Below, one piece after another: positions 1 to 9,151 of a DNA stretch of 49,085 nt (its first letter is position 1; every line of letters begins with the position of its first letter). The notes under the pieces were generated by a model. The model ran no database searches. It was not told the DNA's origin and saw nothing but the letters and a program-made list of their open reading frames with translations. Made by a program: the position numbers and the translations under genes. The stretch is from Candidatus Nanopelagicales bacterium (lineage in GTDB: Bacteria > Actinomycetota > Actinomycetes > S36-B12 > UBA10799), in contig JBDHZU010000002.1 of assembly GCA_039812085.1 (NCBI GenBank), positions 1 through 49,085 of the forward strand, written 5' to 3'.

Positions 1-302
1 CGTAGCTGAAACGGGGTTGCCGGCATCACGATCGCAGTTGTCTCGGGAGAGGTCTTGGTAGGGGCCCACGTGAAAATCGGAGCGGCCCGTTCAATAGGTA
101 GGACAGACAGCGTGATGCCGATGAGTACGGCTAGTGCACTAAGGATTAAGGGCAAGCTGAAGTCGACGCCGCGACGGCCACGGCGCAGTAGGCCTCGGAC
201 GGAGCCGCTTGCCTGCGGTGCTTTTTCTGCATGCAGCGCATCATCCGAATCTGGTGTGAACAACGCGAGACCATCCCTTAGACAACAGGTGATCGCGATC
301 AT
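1..302 (-). CDS. hypothetical membrane protein, N-terminal fragment (runs off the window edge)
   Basis: Minus-strand frame is open from ATG at 302 (alt TTG at 263) to position 1, so it has no stop in the window and is absent from the ORF track. Translation ...SVRGLLRRGRRGVDFSLPLILSALAVLIGITLSVLPIE... is a basic stretch followed by one hydrophobic helix. It is divergent from the SDR gene. Confidence 0.35.
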   Translation of the reverse strand, partial: MIAITCCLRDGLALFTPDSDDALHAEKAPQASGSVRGLLRRGRRGVDFSLPLILSALAVLIGITLSVLPIERAAPIFTWAPTKTSPETTAIVMPATPFQL

Positions 303-363
303 ATGGCCGCAGATTGCGGTTCGGCGCTATTGAGACATCAGCGTCGGGAGCAACCTTTCACGG

Positions 364-369
364 TAGATT
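364..369 (+). promoter_or_regulatory. candidate -10 hexamer TAGATT, 7 nt upstream of ATG 377 (leaderless-type start of the SDR gene)
   Basis: TANNNT hexamer at 364-369, 7-nt spacer, then ATG at 377. No Shine-Dalgarno site in between. Confidence 0.3.
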
Positions 370-376
370 TGCCGCT

Positions 377-1147
377 ATGCGTGATGCTCTTGGTTCGGTG
401 CAGTCGGTTGCGTTACTCGGCGGGACGAGCGAGATCGGATTGGCCATTGTTCGGCGGTTTGGATCCGACGGACGTCTCAAGCGGATCGTGCTAGCAGCAC
501 GTGACACCCAGAAGGCACAAGTCGCAGCGGACGAATTGAGTGCATTACCGGGTAATCCAGCTGTCGAGGTTGTCGCTTTCGATGCGGCAGACACAGCAAC
601 TCATGCACCGGCGCTGGAGCAGATCTTTTCCGGGCACGTCGATGTGGTCATCTCAGCTTTCGGAGTCTTGGGGCGCATCGACATGTTGAACGATGTTGAT
701 GCAGTGCATGAGGTGCTGGAAGTCAATCTGGTCGCCGCTGTTACGACCGGAACTACCGTCGTCCAGAAGTTGCAGGCGCAGGGATCGGGCAGCTTCGTCG
801 TCTTATCGTCAGTTGCGGCTGAGCGGCCACGGGCGAACAACTTTGTGTATGCCGCCTCCAAAGCCGGACTCGATTCTTGGGCGTCGGGCTTGGCTGATGC
901 TCTGGCCGGAAGTCCGGTCACTGTGACTGTTGTTCGACCAGGATTTGTCCGGACGCAAATGACAGAAGGTATGGCAGATGCCCCACTGGCGACCACGCCA
1001 GACGTGATCGCCGATGCCGTGGTCGCAGGCGTTCGGGCAGGAAAACCGTTGGTGTGGGCACCAGCTGCGGTCCGCCCGATGATGTCGGTCTTACGACACC
1101 TACCGCGCCCCGTTTATCGGCAAGTCGCGAAGCGCGCAGGCAACTAG
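377..1147 (+). CDS. dprE2: short-chain dehydrogenase/reductase, DprE2-like (decaprenylphospho-D-erythro-pentofuranosid-2-ulose 2-reductase family)
   Basis: ORF 314..1147; internal ATG 377 is preferred. LLGGTSEIGLAI Rossmann motif, YxxxK (YAASKAGL), and C-terminus LVWAPAAVRPMMSVLRHLPRPVYRQV closely resemble my recollection of mycobacterial DprE2. The TAG stop abuts the coaE ATG. Confidence 0.7.
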   Translation: MRDALGSVQSVALLGGTSEIGLAIVRRFGSDGRLKRIVLAARDTQKAQVAADELSALPGNPAVEVVAFDAADTATHAPALEQIFSGHVDVVISAFGVLGRIDMLNDVDAVHEVLEVNLVAAVTTGTTVVQKLQAQGSGSFVVLSSVAAERPRANNFVYAASKAGLDSWASGLADALAGSPVTVTVVRPGFVRTQMTEGMADAPLATTPDVIADAVVAGVRAGKPLVWAPAAVRPMMSVLRHLPRPVYRQVAKRAGN

Positions 1148-1771
1148 ATGCTGCGGGTTGGGCTGACCGGCGGAATCGGTTCGGGTAAGTCGACTGTTGC
1201 CCGACTCCTGGCGAAGCACGGTGCCATTGTGGTGGATTCCGATGCCATCGCTCGTGAGGTCGTTGCCCCGGGAACACCAGGGTTAACTCAACTTGTGGCT
1301 GAATTCGGGCCGGAGATTTTGGCTGAAGATGGCAGTCTCAATCGAGCAGAGTTGGCGGCTCAAGCATTCGCCGATCCACAACGCCGGGCGGTGCTGGACG
1401 GGATCACCCATCCACTGATCACTGCCCGCACTGCGGAGTTGTTCGCCGCTGCTGGGCATGGGGAGATCGTCGTGCATGACATCCCGTTACTGACTGAGCT
1501 GGGTTTGGAGCATGCCTACGACTACGTGATCGTGGTGGATGCTTCCGAAGAGACTCGGGCAGCGCGGCTGGTTGGTCGGGGACTGACCGAAGAAGATGCG
1601 CGTGCCCGCATGAGCCATCAAGCCACTCGTGAACAAAGACTGGCGATTGCTGATGCTGTCATCGAAAACGAGGGTCGTGAATCTGACTTGGAACCTGCGG
1701 TGGCAGAACTTTGGGCAGAGTTAGAGCGACTGGGCCAGTCAAAGGCGGCGAGGATCAATCCCGCTCGCTAG
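1148..1771 (+). CDS. coaE: dephospho-CoA kinase
   Basis: N-terminal P-loop GLTGGIGSGKST, about 200 aa, conserved position upstream of uvrB. Confidence 0.9.
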   Translation: MLRVGLTGGIGSGKSTVARLLAKHGAIVVDSDAIAREVVAPGTPGLTQLVAEFGPEILAEDGSLNRAELAAQAFADPQRRAVLDGITHPLITARTAELFAAAGHGEIVVHDIPLLTELGLEHAYDYVIVVDASEETRAARLVGRGLTEEDARARMSHQATREQRLAIADAVIENEGRESDLEPAVAELWAELERLGQSKAARINPAR

Positions 1772-1825
1772 TCGCAGGCGATTCAGCGTGAAGAATATTC
1801 AGACAAACCGTTGATTCCACCCAGG

Positions 1826-1831
1826 TAGGGT
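1826..1831 (+). promoter_or_regulatory. candidate -10 hexamer TAGGGT, 6 nt upstream of the uvrB ATG (leaderless-type start)
   Basis: TAGGGT at 1826-1831, spacer tgagta, ATG at 1838. No SD. No convincing -35. Confidence 0.4.
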
Positions 1832-1837
1832 TGAGTA

Positions 1838-3958
1838 ATGGCGCGTCCCATCACTGATCTGCAGCGAACGGTGGCGCCATTCCAGGTCGTCAGCGAGTAT
1901 CAACCAGCCGGTGATCAGCCCGCTGCCATTGATGAGATAACTCGCCGCATCGAAGCGGGCGATGAACATGTCGTGCTGTTGGGGGCCACAGGTACCGGCA
2001 AAAGCGCCACGACCGCGTGGTTAGTGGAGAGGCTTCAACGACCCACGTTGGTGATGGCTCCTAACAAGACCTTGGCTGCGCAGCTTGCGCATGAGTTCCG
2101 TGAACTGTTGCCGAATAACGCGGTCGAGTACTTCGTGTCTTACTACGACTATTACCAGCCTGAGGCGTATATCCCGCAGTCCGATACATACATCGAAAAG
2201 GACTCCTCGATCAACGAGGAAGTGGAGCGACTGCGACATAGCGCGACGAATAGTTTGCTCACCCGACGGGACTGCCTCGTGGTGGCAACGGTGTCTGCCA
2301 TCTACGGGTTGGGGACTCCGCAGGAATACATCGACCGGATGGTGCGACTGCGGGTAGGGGAGGAGTACGACCGCGATTCGATCCTGCGCAAATTGGTACA
2401 GATCCAATACGCGCGCAATGATCTGGCATTCACCCGAGGCACATTCCGAGTGCGCGGAGACACGGTTGAGGTGTTCCCGGTCTATGAGGAACACCCCGTT
2501 CGGATCGAGTTCTTTGGTGACGAAGTCGAACGGCTTATGACGCTGCACCCGGTCACCGGAGAGATCCTGACCGAAGACAACGAGCTTTATGTTTTTCCTG
2601 CTAGTCACTACGTGGCGGGGCCGGAGCGAATGGAACGAGCCATCGCTGACATCGAGGTTGAGCTGGCTGAACGGTTGACCGAGCTGGAACAGCAGAACCG
2701 TTTGCTGGAGGCGCAACGTTTGCGGATGCGCACGGAGTACGACCTGGAAACCATGCAACAACTGGGTTTCTGCCCCGGAATCGAGAACTACTCCCGACAT
2801 ATTGATGGGCGCGAACCGGGTTCCGCTCCGAACTGTCTGCTCGACTACTTCCCGGAAGACTTCTTGTTGGTGCTCGATGAGTCTCATGTCACGGTGCCGC
2901 AGATCGGGGGCATGTACGAGGGAGATATGAGTCGTAAACGGATGCTGGTTGACCATGGATTCCGTTTACCGAGTGCGATGGATAACCGTCCCCTGAGGTG
3001 GGAAGAGTTCGTCGAGCGAATTGGACAAACCGTCTACCTATCGGCCACACCTGGCCCGTACGAGTTGGCCCGTGCCGATGGAAAGGTTGTCGAACAGGTC
3101 ATCCGCCCCACAGGCTTGCTCGATCCGGAAATCATCGTTAAGCCCACGAAGGGGCAGATCGATGACCTTTTGGGTGAAATCCAGCAGCGGGTGGAATCCG
3201 ATGAGCGAGTTTTGGTCACCACGCTGACCAAGCGGATGGCCGAAGATCTCACCGACTATCTGCTGGAACACAACGTCCGTGCTCGCTACCTGCACTCCGA
3301 AGTCGACACGTTGCGTCGCGTGGAATTGTTACGCGAGTTACGACAAGGCGTGTTCGACGTGCTGGTGGGAATCAACTTGCTCCGCGAAGGTCTGGATCTT
3401 CCGGAAGTAAGTCTGGTGGCGATTCTGGATGCGGACAAAGAAGGCTTCCTGCGCAGTGAACGCAGCCTGGTGCAGACGATTGGCCGCGCTGCCCGAAACG
3501 TGTCTGGCCAAGTTCATATGTATGCCGACACCATCACCGAGTCGATGAGTAAAGCAATCGATGAGACGAATCGTCGTCGGGCAAAGCAAGCGGCCTACAA
3601 CGCCGAACGTGGGGTAGACCCGCAACCGCTGCGCAAGAAGATCGCGGACATCACTGACTTGATCGCGAAAGAAGACGCTGACACCGAAGACCTGCTCGGA
3701 GGTAGTGGTCGGTCACGCTCCCGTGGCCGGGTGGCCGGGCCGGACATGAAGTCCCGTGGCAAGAAGGACGATGCCGTCCGAGTGGCTGATTCCGATGGAA
3801 TGCCTGCGACCGATCTGGTGGATCTGATCAATCGACTCACTGAACAAATGCATACAGCCGCTGCCGAACTGCAATTCGAATTGGCTGCCCGCTATCGAGA
3901 TGAAGTGTCCGAACTGAAGCGAGAACTGCGGCAGATGCGCGAAGCCGGTCACGCATGA
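1838..3958 (+). CDS. uvrB: excinuclease ABC subunit B
   Basis: 706 aa. GATGTGKS Walker A, helicase motifs, C-terminal UVR coiled-coil ([17 protein letters not shown]). Confidence 0.97.
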   Translation: MARPITDLQRTVAPFQVVSEYQPAGDQPAAIDEITRRIEAGDEHVVLLGATGTGKSATTAWLVERLQRPTLVMAPNKTLAAQLAHEFRELLPNNAVEYFVSYYDYYQPEAYIPQSDTYIEKDSSINEEVERLRHSATNSLLTRRDCLVVATVSAIYGLGTPQEYIDRMVRLRVGEEYDRDSILRKLVQIQYARNDLAFTRGTFRVRGDTVEVFPVYEEHPVRIEFFGDEVERLMTLHPVTGEILTEDNELYVFPASHYVAGPERMERAIADIEVELAERLTELEQQNRLLEAQRLRMRTEYDLETMQQLGFCPGIENYSRHIDGREPGSAPNCLLDYFPEDFLLVLDESHVTVPQIGGMYEGDMSRKRMLVDHGFRLPSAMDNRPLRWEEFVERIGQTVYLSATPGPYELARADGKVVEQVIRPTGLLDPEIIVKPTKGQIDDLLGEIQQRVESDERVLVTTLTKRMAEDLTDYLLEHNVRARYLHSEVDTLRRVELLRELRQGVFDVLVGINLLREGLDLPEVSLVAILDADKEGFLRSERSLVQTIGRAARNVSGQVHMYADTITESMSKAIDETNRRRAKQAAYNAERGVDPQPLRKKIADITDLIAKEDADTEDLLGGSGRSRSRGRVAGPDMKSRGKKDDAVRVADSDGMPATDLVDLINRLTEQMHTAAAELQFELAARYRDEVSELKRELRQMREAGHA

Positions 3959-4995
3959 GCGTCACTATCTGGGTCTGGGCATTAACCGTCGCGGGCATCA
4001 TCGCGCTGTTGGCGTTGGACTTCTTGATCAGCCACAACCCACACCATGTATCGGTCAAAGAAGCCGGACTGTGGTCAATCTTCTACATCGCCGTTGCCGT
4101 GGCTTTTGGCTTGGGGATTCTCTACGTCGACCACGAGTACGGCGTTCAGTTCTTTGCTGCCTATCTGGTGGAGAAGTCTCTATCGGTCGACAACTTGTTT
4201 GTCTTCGCCATCATCCTGGCGCGATTTGCCGTCCCGGACGACCTGCAGCAACGCGTCTTGTTGTTCGGCATCGTGCTTGCACTGATCTTCCGCACCATTT
4301 TCATCGCACTTGGCGCGGCCGCCCTGGCCTACTTCTCCTTCACTTTTGTCATCTTTGGTGCGTTGCTGATCTGGACGGGGATTCAACTGGCCCGCCACCG
4401 CGACGACGATCCCGATCCTGGCGACAACTTCCTTATCAAGCGAATCAAGGCGCGTGGCCGACTCGTGCCGGACTATCACGGCACCAAGCTGTTCGTTCAT
4501 CACAATGGCCAACGCTTGATGACTCCGCTGTTGCTGGTCGTGATCGCTATCGGATCGACTGACTTGTTGTTCGCGCTGGATTCGATTCCGGCCACCTTCG
4601 GGGTGACGCAACATGCCTACTTGGTATTCGCGGCCAATGCTTTCGCCCTGCTCGGCCTGCGCGCGCTGTTCTTCTTGTTGAAGGGTCTGCTGGATCGACT
4701 GGTCTATCTATCGATTGGCTTGGCTCTGATTCTGATCTTTATCGGCGTGAAGCTGATCCTCACGTTCGCCCATGAGGTGTCCCCGAGCATTCCAAAGATT
4801 CCTACGGTCACGTCGTTGTTGGTGATCGTTGCGATTTTGTGTGTGGTGACGGTTGCCAGTGTGATCAAGGTTCGTCGAGACCCGGATTCGGTGGCCCACG
4901 CGGGAACGGTCACCGAACCTGACCGATCACATGATGATGAGCCAGTTATTCCACCTGCACCGCCCGAGGATTCCGAAAAACCCACCGGTCCTTGA
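3955..4995 (+). CDS. TerC family integral membrane protein
   Basis: 346 aa, polytopic and hydrophobic. TerC-type motifs ([20 protein letters not shown]). ATGA overlap with the uvrB stop. Confidence 0.88.
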   Translation: MSVTIWVWALTVAGIIALLALDFLISHNPHHVSVKEAGLWSIFYIAVAVAFGLGILYVDHEYGVQFFAAYLVEKSLSVDNLFVFAIILARFAVPDDLQQRVLLFGIVLALIFRTIFIALGAAALAYFSFTFVIFGALLIWTGIQLARHRDDDPDPGDNFLIKRIKARGRLVPDYHGTKLFVHHNGQRLMTPLLLVVIAIGSTDLLFALDSIPATFGVTQHAYLVFAANAFALLGLRALFFLLKGLLDRLVYLSIGLALILIFIGVKLILTFAHEVSPSIPKIPTVTSLLVIVAILCVVTVASVIKVRRDPDSVAHAGTVTEPDRSHDDEPVIPPAPPEDSEKPTGP

Positions 4996-5019
4996 CTTGT
5001 TGTTGACGCTTGCTAAATT
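4992..5019 (+). promoter_or_regulatory. candidate sigma-70-type promoter of fadA-fadB-tetR (-35 TTGACT 4992-4997, 16-nt spacer, -10 TAAATT 5014-5019)
   Basis: Read directly from the AT-rich 94-nt gap between TerC and fadA. The -35 overlaps the TerC stop codon. Confidence 0.4.
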
Positions 5020-5044
5020 GTTATTGACACATGCTCAACAACAA
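4997..5044. promoter_or_regulatory. candidate repressor operator: three copies of TTGTTGTTGA-like decamer (two direct, one inverted)
   Basis: TTGTTGTTGA at 4997-5006, TTGTTATTGA at 5018-5027, and TCAACAACAA at 5035-5044 (exact reverse complement of the first). The last two form a 10-bp-arm palindrome with a 7-nt spacer, just downstream of the putative -10. Confidence 0.4.
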
Positions 5045-5089
5045 TGTTCATTTGGCGCGCCCTGCGTGCCTCATCAATGAGGAGCGTCC

Positions 5090-6301
5090 ATGACCGAAGC
5101 ATTCATTTACGAGGCGATCCGTACGCCTCGTGGCCGTGGCAAAGCCAACGGCTCACTGCACAGCGTTAAGCCAATCAGCCTGGTCACTGGGCTCATCGAC
5201 GAACTTCGCACTCGTCACCCCGGCATGGACACCAATGCAGTGGATGACTTGCTGCTCGGCTGTGTGACGCCCGTCGGTGACCAAGGTGCCGATATCGCCA
5301 AGACCGCAGCAATTGCCGCTGGTCTACCGGACACGGTTGCTGGCTACCAGCTCAACCGCTTCTGTGCCTCTGGCCTGGAAGCCGTCAATACCGCTGCACA
5401 GAAGGTCGCGTCCGGGTGGGACAGCTTGATCTTTGCCGGTGGTGTGGAGTCGATGAGCCGAGTACCGATGGGCACCGATGGTGGCCCGTGGGCCATGGAT
5501 CCGCAGACTGCGTACGACACGTACTTCGTGCCCCAGGGAATCTCCGCCGACCTCATTGCCACCACAGAAGGTTTCACCCGTGATGACGTGGACGAGTACG
5601 CCGCTCGTTCTCAAGAACGCACCGCGAAGGCATGGTCCGGCGGTTACTTTGCCAAGAGCGTGGTCCCGGTCAAGGACATCAACGGCGTCACCATCCTTGA
5701 CCAAGACGAGCACATGCGTCCGGGCACCACAGCAGCAGACTTGGGCAAGCTCAAGCCATCCTTCGCCGGTATCGGTGAGATGGGCGGCTTCGATGCGGTT
5801 GCACTGCAGAAGTTCCACTGGGTCGAAGAAATCGACCACGTCCATACCCCGGGTAACAGCTCGGGAATCGTTGATGGGGCAGCACTAGTTGTCATCGGCA
5901 ACGAGCAAGTGGGCAAGGACTTCGGCATGACGCCACGCGGTCGCATCGTGGCGACGGCCGTGTCTGGCGCGGACCCGACGATCATGTTGACCGGCCCGAC
6001 CCCGGCCACCCTCAAGGCGTTGAAGACCGCCGGTCTGACCGTCGATGACATCGATCACTGGGAACTCAACGAAGCCTTCGCTGCAGTTGTCTTGAAGTGG
6101 ATTAAGGACCTCGATCTGGATACCGACAAGGTGAACCCAGTCGGCGGTGCCATTGCAATGGGTCACCCACTGGGTGCCACCGGAGCCATGATCCTCGGTG
6201 CCACGCTCGATGAGCTTGAGCGCACGGGTGGCCGCTACGGCGTCCTCAGCCTGTGCATCGGCGGCGGCATGGGCATCGCAACCATCATCGAGCGCGTCTG
6301 A
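5090..6301 (+). CDS. fadA: acetyl-CoA C-acyltransferase (3-ketoacyl-CoA thiolase)
   Basis: 403 aa. Thiolase active-site region [10 protein letters not shown] and C-terminal CIGGGMG. GAGGAG SD upstream. Confidence 0.93.
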   Translation: MTEAFIYEAIRTPRGRGKANGSLHSVKPISLVTGLIDELRTRHPGMDTNAVDDLLLGCVTPVGDQGADIAKTAAIAAGLPDTVAGYQLNRFCASGLEAVNTAAQKVASGWDSLIFAGGVESMSRVPMGTDGGPWAMDPQTAYDTYFVPQGISADLIATTEGFTRDDVDEYAARSQERTAKAWSGGYFAKSVVPVKDINGVTILDQDEHMRPGTTAADLGKLKPSFAGIGEMGGFDAVALQKFHWVEEIDHVHTPGNSSGIVDGAALVVIGNEQVGKDFGMTPRGRIVATAVSGADPTIMLTGPTPATLKALKTAGLTVDDIDHWELNEAFAAVVLKWIKDLDLDTDKVNPVGGAIAMGHPLGATGAMILGATLDELERTGGRYGVLSLCIGGGMGIATIIERV

Positions 6302-6319
6302 GATCGGGAGAGAATCGAA

Positions 6320-8482
6320 ATGACTGACAACATGATCAACTGGAGTCAAGACGCCGACGGCATCGTCACCCTCACGATGGACGATCCCAATCAATCGGCC
6401 AACACCATGAACGACACGTTCATCGAATCGTTCTCCGAGACGGTCGATCGGATCGCTGCCGAACAAGAATCCATCACCGGCGTCATTCTCACCAGCGCAA
6501 AGAAGACCTTCTTCGCTGGCGGCGACCTCACCCTCATCAGCAAGGCGACCAAAGACGATGCCGCGCAGATGGAAGAGCAGACCAACGGTCTGAAGGCCAA
6601 GATGCGTCAACTGGAAACCCTCGGTAAGCCAGTGGTTTCGGTCATCAACGGCGCCGCACTTGGTGGAGGCCTGGAACTGGCTCTCGCCACGCACCGACGG
6701 ATTGCCGTTGATGCAAAGGGTTCAGAAATTGGCCTGCCCGAAGTAACCCTGGGTCTATTGCCTGGCGGTGGGGGTGTCGCTCGTACGGTTCGCATGTTCG
6801 GCCTGCAGAAGGCACTCATGGAGATCCTGCTTCAGGGACAGCGCCGTAAGCCGGCGGCTGCGCTCGAGGTCGGTCTGGTCGATGAACTCGTTGCCTCGCC
6901 AGAAGAAGGCGTGCAGAAGGCAACTGAATGGATCAAGGCGAATCCAGAATCCACTCAGGCATGGGACGTTAAGGGCTACAAGATTCCTGGTGGGACACCC
7001 AAGTCTCCGGCACTGGCAGCGATGCTCCCGGCTTTCCCGGCAAATCTGCGCAAGCAGGTTAAGGGTGCGCCGATGCCCGCGCCGCACCACATCATGTCGG
7101 CGGCAGTGGAAGGTGCACAGGTCGATTTCGATAACGCGAGCCTGATTGAGACCCGTTACTTCGTTGATCTGGCAACTGGTCAAGTCAGCAAGAACATGAT
7201 CAAGGCGTTCTTCAACGATCTGCAGTACATCAACAAGGGCGGATTCCGTCCGGACGGCTACGAACAGCACGCTGCCAAGAAGGTCGTCGTGCTGGGTGCC
7301 GGAATGATGGGTGCCGGTATCGCCTACCAGTGCGCACGCAGCGGCCTGGAGGTTGTACTCAAGGACGTGTCCGTCGAGGCAGCAGAAAAGGGCAAGGCCT
7401 ACTCGGAGAAGATCCTGGACAAAGCCGTTTCCCGCGGTCGGATGACGCAAGAGCAGCGCGACGAGGTGCTTGGTCGCATCGTTGCTACTGACAATCCGGT
7501 GGAAGCCAAGGGTGCTGATCTACTCATCGAGGCTGTCTTCGAAGACATGGATCTGAAGAAGAAGGTCTACTCAGAGATCGAGCCGCACCTGGCTGAAGAT
7601 GCGTTGTTGGCATCGAACACTTCCACCATCCCGATCACGGAACTGGGTACCGCTGTTACGCGTCCCAAGGACTTCATCGGTATGCACTTCTTCTCCCCAG
7701 TGGACAAGATGCCGCTGTTGGAGATCGTGGTCGGTGACGACACTTCAGATGCGACGCTGGCCAAGGCGCTCGATGTCGCCTTGCAGATCAAGAAGACCCC
7801 GATCGTCGTCAATGACAGTCGCGGATTCTTCACTAGTCGGGTCATCGGAACCTTCCTGATGGAAGCTGTGGCCATGGTGGGTGAAGGTGCACCTGCGACT
7901 TCTGTGGAGCAGGCCGGTCTGCAAGCCGGTTACCCAGCTGGTCCGTTGGCGGTGTTGGACGAAGTCGCTCTCACGTTGTTCCGTCGCATTCGCGAGCAAG
8001 CTCGGGAAGCAGCCGAGGCAGCGGGCGAGGAGTACCCAGATCATCCGGCCTACCCCGTGGTGGACAAGCTCGTACTTGAGTTTGGTCGCGGCGGTCGTGC
8101 CGAAGGTGCAGGCTTCTACAACTACGAAGACGGCAAGCGTCAAGGTTTCTGGGAAGGCTTGCCGGAGAACTTCGGTGGCGACAATCGCGAGTTGCCCTTC
8201 GAGGACATGCAAGAGCGAATGTTGTTCGTCGAGGCTGTCGACAGTGTCCGTTGCCTCGATGAAGGTGTGCTGCGTTCCGTTCCCGAAGCCAACATCGGTT
8301 CGATCTTCGGCATCGGATTCCCTGCCTGGACCGGCGGTGTTCTGCAGTACATCAACGGCTACCCCGGTGGGCCGAAGGGCTTCGTCGCCCGTGCGGAAGA
8401 ACTCGCCGAGAAGTACGGCGATCGCTTCACCCCACCGCAGTCGTTGATCGATCTGGCGAACTCTGGCGGAACGTACGAATGA
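6320..8482 (+). CDS. fadB: fatty-acid oxidation multifunctional protein (enoyl-CoA hydratase / 3-hydroxyacyl-CoA dehydrogenase)
   Basis: 720 aa. N-terminal crotonase fold (FFAGGDL, GAALGGGLELALA) plus NAD-binding VVVLGAGMMGAGIA dehydrogenase domain. Confidence 0.93.
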   Translation: MTDNMINWSQDADGIVTLTMDDPNQSANTMNDTFIESFSETVDRIAAEQESITGVILTSAKKTFFAGGDLTLISKATKDDAAQMEEQTNGLKAKMRQLETLGKPVVSVINGAALGGGLELALATHRRIAVDAKGSEIGLPEVTLGLLPGGGGVARTVRMFGLQKALMEILLQGQRRKPAAALEVGLVDELVASPEEGVQKATEWIKANPESTQAWDVKGYKIPGGTPKSPALAAMLPAFPANLRKQVKGAPMPAPHHIMSAAVEGAQVDFDNASLIETRYFVDLATGQVSKNMIKAFFNDLQYINKGGFRPDGYEQHAAKKVVVLGAGMMGAGIAYQCARSGLEVVLKDVSVEAAEKGKAYSEKILDKAVSRGRMTQEQRDEVLGRIVATDNPVEAKGADLLIEAVFEDMDLKKKVYSEIEPHLAEDALLASNTSTIPITELGTAVTRPKDFIGMHFFSPVDKMPLLEIVVGDDTSDATLAKALDVALQIKKTPIVVNDSRGFFTSRVIGTFLMEAVAMVGEGAPATSVEQAGLQAGYPAGPLAVLDEVALTLFRRIREQAREAAEAAGEEYPDHPAYPVVDKLVLEFGRGGRAEGAGFYNYEDGKRQGFWEGLPENFGGDNRELPFEDMQERMLFVEAVDSVRCLDEGVLRSVPEANIGSIFGIGFPAWTGGVLQYINGYPGGPKGFVARAEELAEKYGDRFTPPQSLIDLANSGGTYE

Positions 8483-9141
8483 GTTCGACCGGCACTGACC
8501 GGTCGCAGCAGACGAAGTCGGGGGTCGCAGTCAGCTCTGTGGCCCCCGATTCGCTGAAGTCTTCCGGTGGGCGAATGTCTGCCGATGACCGACGCACGCA
8601 GTTGGTTGCTATCGGCCTCGATCTACTGAAGACCCGACCGATTCACGATCTTGCGTTAGATGAGGTTGCGGCTCAGGCAGGAATTTCACGCACTCTGCTC
8701 TTCCACTATTTTCCGAGTAAGCGCGAGTTCTACGCCGAAGTCATCCGCACGGCCGGTCAATCGTTGGTGCGCGCACCCGCATTTGCCGATGCCGATGACA
8801 CCCCCGAACGCAAAGTCCGTCGTCTGATCGAGGGTTTCCTCAACTTTGTGGAACAGTCGCGGGATGGCTACCGATCGTTGATTCGCAACGGTTCTGGGGG
8901 AGACCCGGAAGTGATGGAACTGATCGACGGCATTCGTACCCAGCTTGTGCCGCGATGGCTGGATGCCGCGGGCCTTACCGATACCCCGCCTGTGCGTTTG
9001 GCTGTGCGGGGATGGCTTGCGTGTCTAGAGGAGATCGCGCTGTCTTGGGATCCGCAACAGGTCAGTCGCGATGAACTCGTTGATCTCCTCACTGCCAGCT
9101 TCTTCGCGCAGGTGGACGCTGCGGCACCAACGGGAAGCTGA
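8479..9141 (+). CDS. TetR/AcrR family transcriptional regulator
   Basis: HTH region LDEVAAQAGISRTLLFHYFPSKREFY. ATGA overlap with the fadB stop. An alternative start at ATG 8575 (MSADDRR...) is possible. Confidence 0.85.
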   Translation: MSSTGTDRSQQTKSGVAVSSVAPDSLKSSGGRMSADDRRTQLVAIGLDLLKTRPIHDLALDEVAAQAGISRTLLFHYFPSKREFYAEVIRTAGQSLVRAPAFADADDTPERKVRRLIEGFLNFVEQSRDGYRSLIRNGSGGDPEVMELIDGIRTQLVPRWLDAAGLTDTPPVRLAVRGWLACLEEIALSWDPQQVSRDELVDLLTASFFAQVDAAAPTGS

Positions 9142-9151
9142 GTCAGGCGCC

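Noticed and set aside
55-333. A 92-aa plus-strand ORF at the window start.
   Set aside because: Its translation is Arg/Ser/Pro-rich and low in complexity. It overlaps the better-supported minus-strand membrane-protein N-terminus and the divergent promoter region.
1781-1803. Possible LexA/SOS box upstream of uvrB (TTCA/TGAA repeats and the palindrome GAATATTC at 1793-1800).
   Set aside because: It does not fit the actinobacterial Cheo-type box (GAAC-N4-GTTC, that is GAA-N6-TTC). Here the spacing is GAA-N5-TTC and the flanks mismatch. I also saw no Cheo box upstream of uvrA.
2021-2956. Long antisense ORFs inside well-supported genes: 2021-2956 in uvrB, 5885-6694 and 6755-7450 in fadA/fadB, 20508-21218 in gap, 22411-23304 in pgk/tpiA, 25042-25953 in tal, and 35910-36548 in sufC.
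   Set aside because: These are typical shadow ORFs of high-GC DNA. Their translations are Arg/Gly/His-rich with no recognisable motifs, and each lies fully inside a gene with strong family signatures on the other strand.
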